Source of the DNA: Cyanophora paradoxa CCMP329
Taxonomy: Eukaryota; Plantae; Glaucophyta
Direction of reading: 5' to 3'
DNA length: 64,000 nucleotides
NCBI GenBank assembly: GCA_004431415.1
Contig: QPMI01000100.1
Coordinates: 248,001 to 312,000, forward strand
Of the stretch, positions 19,901 to 28,836 are shown one piece after another. The notes below the pieces were generated by a model. That model saw only the letters and a program-made list of their open reading frames with translations, made no database searches and was not told where the DNA came from. The stretch's first letter is position 1; each line of letters begins with the position of its first letter. A program made the translations under genes and the position numbers.

Positions 19901-21230
19901 CGGTATTAACTGTTTCGCATCTCAGAAGTCGAATTGCTTAGTTATTTGCCCCTATAACAAACAGTGCGCAGAGCTAAGGGACTCTCTCAAAGTCCGCGGA
20001 ATCGAGAATATTACCGTTCGCACTTTGTATAATGTTCTCGGGATCCGTGTCTCCAATGATCAGACCTACGAAGAGGCTATGAGCGAAAAAGACCAGAGGG
20101 CGTTCGTCTCCGAGTTCAGCCACATTATGTTCGACGAGATATTCGCGTATTCTGTAAAAGATCTCGCTAAGATCAAGTCGTTTATCGATCGCTATCCGGA
20201 TATCAAATATTTGGCTAATGGCGACACCTATCAAAATGAACCGATTAATGATGAGCTATCGGTTTCTGATCGCAAGGGCTACTATAAGCGCGCTGTGCAG
20301 AGCATGTTCCCTAACGTTCTGAGTCTACGCATTAACAAGCGGCACAAGAAGGAGACAGACCGTGAATTAATTCGGGCGATCAAAGAGGATCTCTTCGAAA
20401 ACGGACTCGAAGCCTCACAGATCATTTCGAAATACGGCTTACCGACAATTAATGATCTTAACGCTATTCCCGACGGCTACTTTGGCATCGCTTACAGAAA
20501 CGAAATGACCTTAGCCTATAACAAACTGATGCACGATAGACGAAAAGTAAATATTGCAACCGTAGAGGTCAACGGAATCAAATTCTACAAGGGTCTGGAA
20601 GTCGTTTGTCGCAGGTATCTACGCATTTCGCGGTCTGAGGGTGAGTCTATTAATGCATACACAAATTACACCTATCGGATCACCAAAATCACCAAGCAAA
20701 TGGTCACATTAACTGACGTTTTCGATGGCGTCACGTTCGAGGTTCCGTGTGCGATGTTAGAACATTTTTCTCTCCCTTATGCAGGAACAGGTCATTCAAC
20801 GCAAGGTCTCACACTTGATTCGGGCATTGTCATTTGTGAGGCTACGTTCCGCTATACCACTCGCGAATGGTTCTATACCGCTCTCACTCGTAACCGCGAT
20901 CTGTCCACTGTGCTGATTTATACACCGATTCACAGATTCCAAGGAAAGAGCGACTACATCGAATATCTGAAAACGAAGATCCGCGGATATAAATGTCAGG
21001 ATCAGCGTGCCGGGCGCGATTTCGACGAGGCGGATTATATTACGCCGGAGTGGATATTAGAGCGCAAGAAGCAACAGAAGGGCGCCTGTGCGATCTGTTC
21101 CCTTCCGATTCCGATTGAGCCGCAAGATCCGAATTACAGGCTCGTCGTGGATCGCATCAATAATAAGCGCCCACACCTTAAAGACAATTGTCAACTCACG
21201 CATCACGGGTGCAATTGCAGCAAAAAATAA
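16914..21230 (+). CDS. Divergent PolB fused to an SF1 (Pif1/RecD-like) helicase and a C-terminal HNH nuclease
   Basis: PolB-like DMAKCYP, KHILVKEIGMLGK and IRTDCL; SF1 motifs PGSGKST, FDEI, GDTYQ, HSTQGLT and YTALTR; HNH-like CAIC...DRINNKRPHLKDNC...CN. Confidence 0.8.
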   Translation: MPRATNRIANNVRDEIIGYIMQGLSQDLLTEEQAHWAMHNTMNRKPKLQTLIDIRDTLNGIINPRVFRRAERKEKRAARTQVNIEKQKQKEQEAKRLQRFDRKQEKKRAKEAKLEAKQQKGKLKAVEDAIKRTILDPIAQYDPETLATVTFKMWAPGSGARSSEVIVIPGIPELNIPDSSFVTYRNIRETVSVSVLRSFALAKMDRMSQILIRPGQVRHDWHESESIFYLLKNYDELAVGLKTFGEAYEVFFLKTPPTEEQKRLRLMFDDFGGSIDDAFITVHEVAIDGDEGVEDDGAGAIPGNRYEFLDEELMDSMRCTAIMSKFTDYTLNPNASEFEDVIELPKSSTSNACGYDMIISTWGASIKKCQEAPKPRYTDLTMSYDGLYKFFHGRERTPGDSLALTLRHIEKFCKRIQTGFRVFDVDGKLIYKFAAESINKNINPRNIHFMIHNKHIYIFNDNIKSLEMRMAKMEVEELDNHVPKSNSSLALYKIPTCLTHDIFAHTSKDLLKITQLKLSPDERSFIRILYTGREGLEGLLFTFLKMRYEPAVKLTPSKQIDSITFKANGSMFSIKDPRTTDHFIEQDFETEEYYNKVCEIGKGFRESLLNATNISHYSPNMREILTHYKRSALSGYFYKPNPKATYTAVDMAKCYPSILKGMQYLPKYNVFDDFVPFKAGSDILEYAIYYVRVVAFEREQATFADDEDVDYDAAMSRKIDGIEIILDRAFSVSGRCYNFMTGYTLSMHWADVKDKIEIIAVAEPSHLVPNTSIAEMQKVLSSDIQTTDKKHILVKEIGMLGKFQDSQTSTKMFYNRAEAERFAQECGGTVEVFTFNPKNSKRVKTLSEFEGHIYFVKISSHRELVNGFLPIHFHIYDRNRANMFAQYKRLTARGHKVAGIRTDCLYIEGSWTSKKEFDRNAFENMGKFSYIPGKRCPENALRPPRGVTLEFQDPDTLINRFSLRDEFNPECFNWVAELHNRMLVLADMPGSGKSTLGINCFASQKSNCLVICPYNKQCAELRDSLKVRGIENITVRTLYNVLGIRVSNDQTYEEAMSEKDQRAFVSEFSHIMFDEIFAYSVKDLAKIKSFIDRYPDIKYLANGDTYQNEPINDELSVSDRKGYYKRAVQSMFPNVLSLRINKRHKKETDRELIRAIKEDLFENGLEASQIISKYGLPTINDLNAIPDGYFGIAYRNEMTLAYNKLMHDRRKVNIATVEVNGIKFYKGLEVVCRRYLRISRSEGESINAYTNYTYRITKITKQMVTLTDVFDGVTFEVPCAMLEHFSLPYAGTGHSTQGLTLDSGIVICEATFRYTTREWFYTALTRNRDLSTVLIYTPIHRFQGKSDYIEYLKTKIRGYKCQDQRAGRDFDEADYITPEWILERKKQQKGACAICSLPIPIEPQDPNYRLVVDRINNKRPHLKDNCQLTHHGCNCSKK

Positions 21231-21248
21231 ACAGGGTTAATTAGAAGA

Positions 21249-22631
21249 ATGTCACGGATCGTCAGAAGGGTAGCGGGAGAGGAGACAGAGACCACCATAC
21301 TACCTATCGCGGTTCCTGAGACTGAACAAGTCCCCCAAAAAATCACAAAACGCCAAGCAAAATCAAATTTATTAGGAGATGTTCCTTTTAGCATTGCGAA
21401 CCCGTCCTCTAAGATCGTGCGCCGCATGTATGACCCGAAGACAGGTTTTAAGAACCCATCCGCAATATACGAAGAACTGAGAAAAGAGGACAAGACCCTC
21501 ACACTGAAAGAAGTGCAAGATGTCGCAGCGAAACAGGAATTTATGCAGATCAACAAGAAGCCCCCCGCACCGACCCAAACCGCTTTTATTCCCATCACAG
21601 CCCCGCCGTGGTGCTACCAAGCCGATCTCATCTTTTATCTCTCATATGGCAGCTATAATTCCGGCTACATTGCAGTCCTTACTCTCATCGAGATGACAAG
21701 TCGAAAAGCATATGCCAAGAAGTTAAAGAATAAGGAGGGCGCAAGTGTTGCCGCCGCTTTTGCGGAGATGCTCACAGAGCTTCCGGCTCCAATGATTCGA
21801 TTGGAGACAGATAACGGCTCAGAATTCATCGCGAAGGAGTTTCAGGAGGTCGTAAAAAATAATGGAATAGAGCACCGCTTTAAACAGGTCGGAGATCACA
21901 CTTCGCTGGGAATAATGAATCGCTTTCATTTGACCCTTAAAACGATGATAAATAATTATTGTGTCGCTTATAACACAGTGCGATTTATGGACAAGCTGGA
22001 CGACTTCGTTTTCAATTACAATAACACCATTCACAGAACCATAGGAATGAAACCCGCAGATGTTAAGCTTTCTGATATGGAGCGGATCCGAGCGGCTATT
22101 ATTTCAAGGAAGAACACAATCGTAAAGGATATATTCAGCGACTTTAAACCGGGTCTCCACGTCCGTGTATTATTGCCGAGATCAAAGTTTGATAAAGGAG
22201 CGACCCAAAGGTATAGCCGAGAGGTCTACAAAATTGCGGGAAGGAGAGGAAACGCGATAGAGGTGCAAGATGCAGCGGGGAACGTTATGCCGAAGCTTTT
22301 CAAGCCGCACGAATTGCAGATCATTACAGAGGTCGAGGCTGTGGTGGAACCATCAGGCAACGCTATTTTAGCGGCTGATGTAGAGGCAGCTTCGATCCGG
22401 CAGGTTCAAAAAGAAGGTATAGATGTCGCCGCAAGTGTTCCGAGAGGGGCTTTATTGGAAGATCGCGCAGAAAAGACAAAGAGGGCGCTGAGGGAGCTCG
22501 CTAAATTAACGATTGCAGGAACTGAGAAGCTCTCAGAGGTAAACAGTCAGCGGTGGTATAAATCATTCAAGACTCAGAGCGCAAGCTATACAGCCCCTAC
22601 TACGCGCATTCTTCGGTCATCTCGTTCATAA
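21249..22631 (+). CDS. int: rve integrase (third catalytic position appears to be Asn)
   Basis: QADL / TDNGSEF / LGIMNRF; YNNTIHRTIGMKP; N- and C-termini conserved with the A integrase. Confidence 0.9.
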   Translation: MSRIVRRVAGEETETTILPIAVPETEQVPQKITKRQAKSNLLGDVPFSIANPSSKIVRRMYDPKTGFKNPSAIYEELRKEDKTLTLKEVQDVAAKQEFMQINKKPPAPTQTAFIPITAPPWCYQADLIFYLSYGSYNSGYIAVLTLIEMTSRKAYAKKLKNKEGASVAAAFAEMLTELPAPMIRLETDNGSEFIAKEFQEVVKNNGIEHRFKQVGDHTSLGIMNRFHLTLKTMINNYCVAYNTVRFMDKLDDFVFNYNNTIHRTIGMKPADVKLSDMERIRAAIISRKNTIVKDIFSDFKPGLHVRVLLPRSKFDKGATQRYSREVYKIAGRRGNAIEVQDAAGNVMPKLFKPHELQIITEVEAVVEPSGNAILAADVEAASIRQVQKEGIDVAASVPRGALLEDRAEKTKRALRELAKLTIAGTEKLSEVNSQRWYKSFKTQSASYTAPTTRILRSSRS

Positions 22632-22670
22632 CAAACCCCGAAATTATTTTCTCCGGTAAATATAAAAGAG

Positions 22671-22985
22671 ATGGAGGGTGAAAAGTATTTCGTGGACATT
22701 CCCTATGATAAAAAAGACGTTGCGAAATCCCTCGGTGGAAACTGGGATCGTGAGAATTCATGCTGGTATGTCACGAAGAAAGATCACTCTCTATGCTCTC
22801 AGTTCAAGACTTTAAGCTATGAGCAAGTGTATCAAAGAAACTTGAAGGTTTACCTCGATATTCCTTATGAATTTAAGGATCAAGCAAAGGCTGAGAAAGC
22901 CCGCTGGGATCCCGTTATGAAATCCTGGTATGTCATGGGTCTCGATCACCCGCTAATGGGCAAGTTTCCGATCAAGGAGCATTAA
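22671..22985 (+). CDS. Tandem DUF5710-like domain protein
   Basis: Two copies of xDIPY..KD.AK...WD....WY. Confidence 0.75.
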   Translation: MEGEKYFVDIPYDKKDVAKSLGGNWDRENSCWYVTKKDHSLCSQFKTLSYEQVYQRNLKVYLDIPYEFKDQAKAEKARWDPVMKSWYVMGLDHPLMGKFPIKEH

Positions 22986-23009
22986 TGTATATGTCGTTTT
23001 TTTCATTTT

Positions 23010-23402
23010 TTATGAAATTGGGAACCTTTGCTCGACCTGTAAGTCCCACTTTCGCACTTTCAGCCTTTCCTGTATGAGATCGTTAATGTCCCGTGCTATA
23101 CCCATTGTCTTCGCTTCGGCATTTGAGCCGCATGTAAAGATATCGATCGCTAATAGCCCCTGGTCGCTATAAGAGTGAGCTGTGGCATGCGACTCATCTA
23201 ATAGAAAGCCAATCGCGAAACCGGGAGGGGAAATAGAGCCATCGAAAATGCATGTGTGCTGGTGCACGATGCGCATATTGCGATCTGTTATATATTGCGA
23301 TAGGTTCGCTGTGATCCACTCGGCGCATGCCTCCGGGGACTCAGTGAACGGGTCGGTTATATAGTCAAGCATGACGTGGTAGCCGCGGTATCGGGAATCC
23401 AT
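23010..23402 (-). CDS. speD: Bacterial-type pyruvoyl S-adenosylmethionine decarboxylase proenzyme
   Basis: GYHVMLD, PPG, LLDESH (E-S self-cleavage site), HSY and AIDIFTCG; 130 aa. Confidence 0.88.
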   Translation of the reverse strand: MDSRYRGYHVMLDYITDPFTESPEACAEWITANLSQYITDRNMRIVHQHTCIFDGSISPPGFAIGFLLDESHATAHSYSDQGLLAIDIFTCGSNAEAKTMGIARDINDLIQERLKVRKWDLQVEQRFPIS

Positions 23403-23937
23403 TATTATTTAAGTCGATATTTTTGTGAGCTATGTGGTTTCGTAGCCGCCAAATCGCGCCCTTTGCGAATCAGACCGCGCCACTTCGTAGTAGTGTAGAA
23501 CTACTCTATACGCGCGCGGACGCAAAGTATGACTAGTGGAGCCCTCCGGGAACGCGCGCCGGCGCTCAGAATGTAGCGGACACCTCCGTTTTCGGGCACT
23601 TGTGCAGAAATCGAAGTCGGTCTTTGCTCCACGGTAGGCTAAGCTAGTCAAATGATACCCGTCATGCCCGGAATCAAGTTGTGAGCACATAGCAATTGAG
23701 AGCGCGCCGAGATCGGCTTCCTGTCCAAAGTTATGCGGGAAAAACGGAAGGGGGGGTCTCCGCGAAGTCGCGATCGCCGGTGTTATCAAGTCGGGACTCG
23801 GGACTCGGGACTCGGGACTTGAAAATTGCAACCGGCAACAGTGGCAAGTCGGTCACTGAGTCAGTCACTGGTCAGTTATATACATATATATATATGCCAC
23901 GTCATCAATTGCTGAGCACACTACCCGGCTATCGGGT

Positions 23938-24124
23938 ATACTATCCGGCGATACTATCGCCCCGAGGTCATACTATCCGGCGATACTATCGCCCCAAGGT
24001 CATACTATCCGGCGATACTATCGCCCCGAGGGCATACTATCCGGCGATACTATCGCCCCGAGGTCATACTATCCGGCGATACTATCGCCCCGAGGTCATA
24101 CTATCCGGCGATACTATCGCCCCG
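23938..24124. repeat. About 6 copies of a 32-bp tandem repeat, each containing the palindrome GGCGATA-C-TATCGCC
   Basis: Unit atactatccggcgatactatcgccccgaggtc at 23938, 23970, 24002, 24034, 24066 and 24098. Confidence 0.95.
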
Positions 24125-24525
24125 GGTAATTCTATCCGGCCATCCTATCCTGATTGGTCGACGAATTTGTGTGGGGCGCCGGCATTCCATCCATATATGT
24201 TTCCGGAGTCGCCGTGATGTCATGACCCCCAGTGTGTCGGTGACGTCGGTGTATATATGTATATGTCGGAATATGCGAAAAAAAGAAAAACCAACCACAA
24301 GCACGGAGGTTCAGACATATATACGAAATATATACATGACTGAATTGTTTATTTTTCATAGAACTCGCATGTTGTTTGCACGTATCTTGCATAGTGGGCG
24401 GGGCGCGAGTGGTTCCAGTGCATTAAATGGAACATTTCGATTGAAGTCGCGAGTTTGTGCAGGTGGGCATTTTCGGCAGCACATACTCGCTTTAAAAAAT
24501 ACAAATCTCATTTTAAAATCATAAA

Positions 24526-24930
24526 TTAGCTCGCCCGAGTCTCACTATAACACTGTCGGCATTTATAGTAGAGACCATCCTTCGTACTTTGCTTTTTATT
24601 ATACTCGCTTGCAGGCTTCTCAATCTTGCAATCCGGGCATATCTTCGATTGTACTTCGATTTTCGGGCGCGTTTTTAAGACTTTGTGATAGCGATCATTT
24701 TGATAGTCACGGTGGCACTGTATGCATCTCCAATATAATGTTATATTTCCCGACTTGCACTTGTGCAAAGGGAACCACGATGCAGGCTTGACCTCTTTGC
24801 ACACATTGCACAGTTTACTTTTAGGTAAGGGGAGCTGATTACCCGGCATCTTTATACTTGTATAGTGGGAAATCTTTAAGTGGGGATATACGCACTTCAT
24901 AAGTTGTTTTAACCTATCGGTGGGGCTCAC
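24526..24930 (-). CDS. Protein with two tandem CxxC...CxxC zinc-binding repeats (start uncertain)
   Basis: CNVCKEVKP...CIQC and CPDCKIEKP...CRQC. Confidence 0.65.
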   Translation of the reverse strand: MSPTDRLKQLMKCVYPHLKISHYTSIKMPGNQLPLPKSKLCNVCKEVKPASWFPLHKCKSGNITLYWRCIQCHRDYQNDRYHKVLKTRPKIEVQSKICPDCKIEKPASEYNKKQSTKDGLYYKCRQCYSETRAS

Positions 24931-25251
24931 CTTGATTTTTCAATTTGGCTAACTGAAAACAGTATGGAAACGATCGGGAACATTTCGTAAAAATGAGGGT
25001 CTTACTGTCCTTACTGAGAGATCGGAGGAGGGTTAAAGGGCTTACTGGGAATGGTAAGGAATTAGAGAGAAGATTATGTGTAGGTTTTTGTGATTGGTTT
25101 CAGTAAGGAGAGGTTAGATGTTTGAAAAATACAGTGCTAATTTATAATTTGTTACTGAGCCTTACTGAGAAATTTGAAAATGGATAATGGGCTTACTGAG
25201 AATGGTAGTGGGGAAGGAAAGAAGAGGGCGCGCAATTGGTGGGGCTCACCT
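24919..25251. repeat. CTTACTG(A) repeat cluster bracketed by the 14-bp direct repeat GGTGGGGCTCACCT
   Basis: Units at about 25001, 25010, 25041, 25101 (inverted), 25151, 25161 and 25192; brackets at 24919 and 25238. Confidence 0.7.
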
Positions 25252-25282
25252 GGAAGCGAGCGAGAGGTATTGAGCAAGTAGA

Positions 25283-28200
25283 TTAAAGACCGAATGGAAT
25301 GCTGTGAATGCCGTCGGCTGATATCTTCCGTTTGCTATCGAGTTGGTTTAGAGCGACCCTTCTGCTCTCCAAGTCATATAAGTTGTGGTCTTGCCTTCGC
25401 TTGTTTGTTACTGATACTGTTTTTATGATGCCTTCCAATAGGCATCTCTTAAAATCGTCGAAGTGTACTTCTTTCGAGGAAGTCCCCGACATCTTCACTT
25501 TTTCTTTGGTCTCAGTTCTGAAAGCATAGAGTTTCGATCTCAGACCCACATACTCCACGATCTTTGCGTTTGGGAACTCATTTTTATATTTACCGGGAAC
25601 CATGCGGTTCCTGATACTCACAAGAGGATGGGATTTATCGTAATTGCTCCTATCGAGATGCTCACCTATCTCTTTCATCTCTTCGTTGAGATTATTCGTT
25701 TTCAGGAAAAGACAGAACGAATCGGTATCGTGGAACAGTAGTTTAGCTGTTTCCCACTTCTTTCTTACCACATCGTAGAAGAACTGATAATTATGTAGTT
25801 TCGCGAAATCCAATACGAAAGCGCCAATTGCTACTGGTTTATCTAAGTTTACATGCTTCGAATACATCTCAAAGGCAACTGCGTTTTCATTCAATACATT
25901 GGTTGCTTTGATAAGCGGACTTGCTGCGTATTTCTTACACAGTTTCTCGCTGTTAGCAATCTTGACAGTTGAGCGACCCCTGCAAGACTCCAAGCATTTA
26001 CCATAAATTGCATTGTTCATGAGTTTAAAGAAGTCGCTTTCGAAATGGTTAGTAGATTCATGGCGGAGTAGAGTGTTTAGACCAATGTAAGACTTCATGA
26101 ATGGGGAAGTAGCGAATGAGAGAACTCTATGTATTGTTTTTACAATCACACCCTTCTTAACGATGTAATTAAGAAGAGGTCGGGCAATCACGTATTTATT
26201 CTTGGGCGTAAATGTCGCTGTAAGTTTTGGGTCTTTGCTGATCTTTTCGCCCGTCAGATCTAATAGTTTTCGTTGATAATCACCAAGCATCTCATTGGTG
26301 ATCACTTCTTTATTCACAATCAGTGGGAAATCGTAATGATCTTCAAGGGATGTTGGGTATTCAAGGTCAACTTCAATAAATGCGCTTCGTCCCTCTACCT
26401 CTTTAAGTGCCTCTGTGATGTCTTCCCATCGATAATCTCCGATGGGTAGTGGTTGACTGAGTGCATACCCATAAAGATTATTTGCGTCCAACAATACTAT
26501 ATGATCTTCGGGGGTCTCTACCTTTGCATATCGTGTGGGCATGGTAGCAAATCCACCGCGAATGGCTCTCTCCTCAACAAATTCGTATTTCTCTACATCA
26601 TCAATTAGTCCAATCTTTACCTTCGTGTGTTTTAGCATTGCATCCCAAGATAGACCCGGTGCGCTCACATAATGAGCGGGATCCAATCCGTATTGAGAAA
26701 ACGCCAATTTGCGGAATGCTTCGTATTTCCTCATTAAATCCTCCACATCCACAGATTGGAAATCCATAAAATGGGAAGCATCGATGAACTTCCACATACC
26801 CCATTGAAGCGATAGGTACTGATCGAAATTCTTGCTTAGAATCTCAACACGTAGTTTATCGTCTTGTTGGGCAATCTTGCGGAAAATTCCATGCCCGCAT
26901 TCATCCATTTGATCTACCACAATAGCTATCTTGGTTTGTTTGGAAATTCGCCTATGGAGGTTACAGTTTCGGCATGCCTTTCCGATAAAATCGCCGGATT
27001 GGTGACAATGATCCCGAACCGGGAAGTTTTCGTGGGTGAATCTCTGAGAGCAAATATAGCAGTATTTTGTTATCTTGTACTCCGCCTTCTGATCATCTGT
27101 GAGTGGATGCATCGGAATATTTCGAAACAGCGTCTCAACGATTTCAGGTCTGATGTCTTGTAGAGCAGCAAAGAGAGAACCAAGCGGATCAGCTCCCTCA
27201 AATTGGTATGATCTCACTTCTTCTCCCATTACCACTCTCAATGAAACCGCTTTAATCTCCCTTTTACTCCTCTGAGCATCGATAGCAACCGAATGATCTT
27301 CGACTTTAACATAACAGATCACAGGAAGCCAAACGGTTTTACGTAGATGTTGCAGACCAAATTCAATTATGCTTCCGGGCTTCGGGCATTTTCCTTTGCT
27401 CTCCCTCCAATCAATGCAGCGGTTTGCTTCAACATGTAGGTCTAATTTCTCCTGAGTTCTGAAACGCGACAGGCAGGTTTCACAGTAGTAAATGCGACCA
27501 TCACATGCTTTATCAAATGTAGTTTTCAGAAGACGACTAAAAGACATGATAGTAATATAGTGTCCCCGATCATCTTCGGTGTTTTCGATAAGTAAAAGGT
27601 TAATCTTGGTCTTCCTCCTTGGGTTACTTGATTGATGCAGTGGAAAGAAACACTCTTTGGTGTTATCCGCTCCATATATGTTAATAGATAGGTCAGGGTT
27701 CAGTTCTTCAAATCGATCGATTACCTCAGCATCACATGCAACGGGAAACTGAATACCATCGAAATTGAGTTCATTTAACCATCGGCGGTATTGGCTTGGT
27801 TCATTGCTCTTGTGTTTGTTAATGTCCTTTCGATGCAGGTAAGCCAAAATCGCATACTTGAAGCAATCTTGACCGTCGATATTCTTAACGTTCACCGTTG
27901 CCTTCTTGGATGCGATCCATTCGGGAGTTGCGAAAAAACAACCACCCACAGGTGCGTATGACATAATAACACCTCTTAGAATTTGGATACGTTCCAAGCG
28001 GTAACTATCTACTTGTGTCATCTCCTCTTGCATTTTCTGTAACGCTTTGCGAACTTCTGTGTTAATGTTGCGGGATCTGGTAATTACGAAATAATCGCTG
28101 TAAATGTATTTGGTGATGTAGATTCGTGGATTTCCTACTTTGGTAAACTTACATACGAATGTCAGACGTACTTTAACCGCATTCAGTTGATCCAAGCGGG

Positions 28201-28567
28201 TTTTAATGCGTTGTGGTAGACTTGGTGCGATTCTTTCAAGGAATTCAATAGCATCAACCACTACTTTGTTTCAGGCGCGATAGGTTAGCCATGAATACGC
28301 TTGATTCATTGCTTCACCATCTTTGATGTCCGGTTGAATTGCTCCTAATCTCTGTCCTTCATCCATAAACTCCTCCATTCTTTGCATGCGATTGTAAAGG
28401 TCATTTGTAATATCTCTGAGTTGTGCTAATCGTGGTCGTCTATCTAAGATGGCGGCTTCTCTATCAAATTCCGCTTCGGTGATCTCACCCGTAACAAAGA
28501 GAGTTCCTAACAGTCCAAGTATTTCATTTTTCTTTTCTTTAATGAGTCTGTTGGTTTGGCGGGGCAT
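25283..28567 (-). pseudogene. polB: pPolB of element C with one in-frame TGA (28271-28273)
   Basis: The two ORFs are in the same frame; WLTYRA*NKVVVD vs WLTYRARREVVVD in A; DANNLYG, KLMNNAIYGK and HDTDSF present. Confidence 0.88.
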
Positions 28568-28610
28568 CTTTATTATAAAGGAACATTTTTATTTTGGATT
28601 TTGAACGCGT

Positions 28611-28832
28611 TCGATAGGGTGGGCGGGTGGGGTCAGGTGGGGCATGTTTTTAGAATTCCTTAGAATTTTGAGCGTCCCCAACTTTTCTTAAAATTTGACC
28701 CCACCACACCCCACCCTCCCACCTTCTCTATTATTTACTATATTCACATACAATTCAATCTACAAAAAAGTTTATAAAAATAAGGAATTACAAGGAGGTT
28801 ATGGTAACGGTGGGGTGTAGGGTGGGGTGTGA
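28611..28832. repeat. ACCCCACC iteron-like module downstream of the C primase-helicase (candidate origin)
   Basis: Its reverse complement matches 38241-38472 and 38641-38870. Confidence 0.8.
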
Positions 28833-28836
28833 TTTG

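Larger units (their letters stand above)
13868..24500 (+). mobile_element. Polinton-like virus element B (right part; right boundary uncertain)
   Basis: MCP remnant (13868-13953), ATPase, shared small genes, PolB-helicase fusion, integrase, cargo genes and a repeat array. Confidence 0.82.

Noticed and set aside
23938-24124. Palindromic 32-bp repeats as a CRISPR array
   Set aside because: Units are contiguous with no unique spacers, there are no cas genes, and the context is eukaryotic viral.
23430-24524. ORFs 23430-23831, 23696-24217, 24101-24392 and 24171-24524
   Set aside because: They run through repeats and low-complexity terminal-type sequence with no recognisable motifs.
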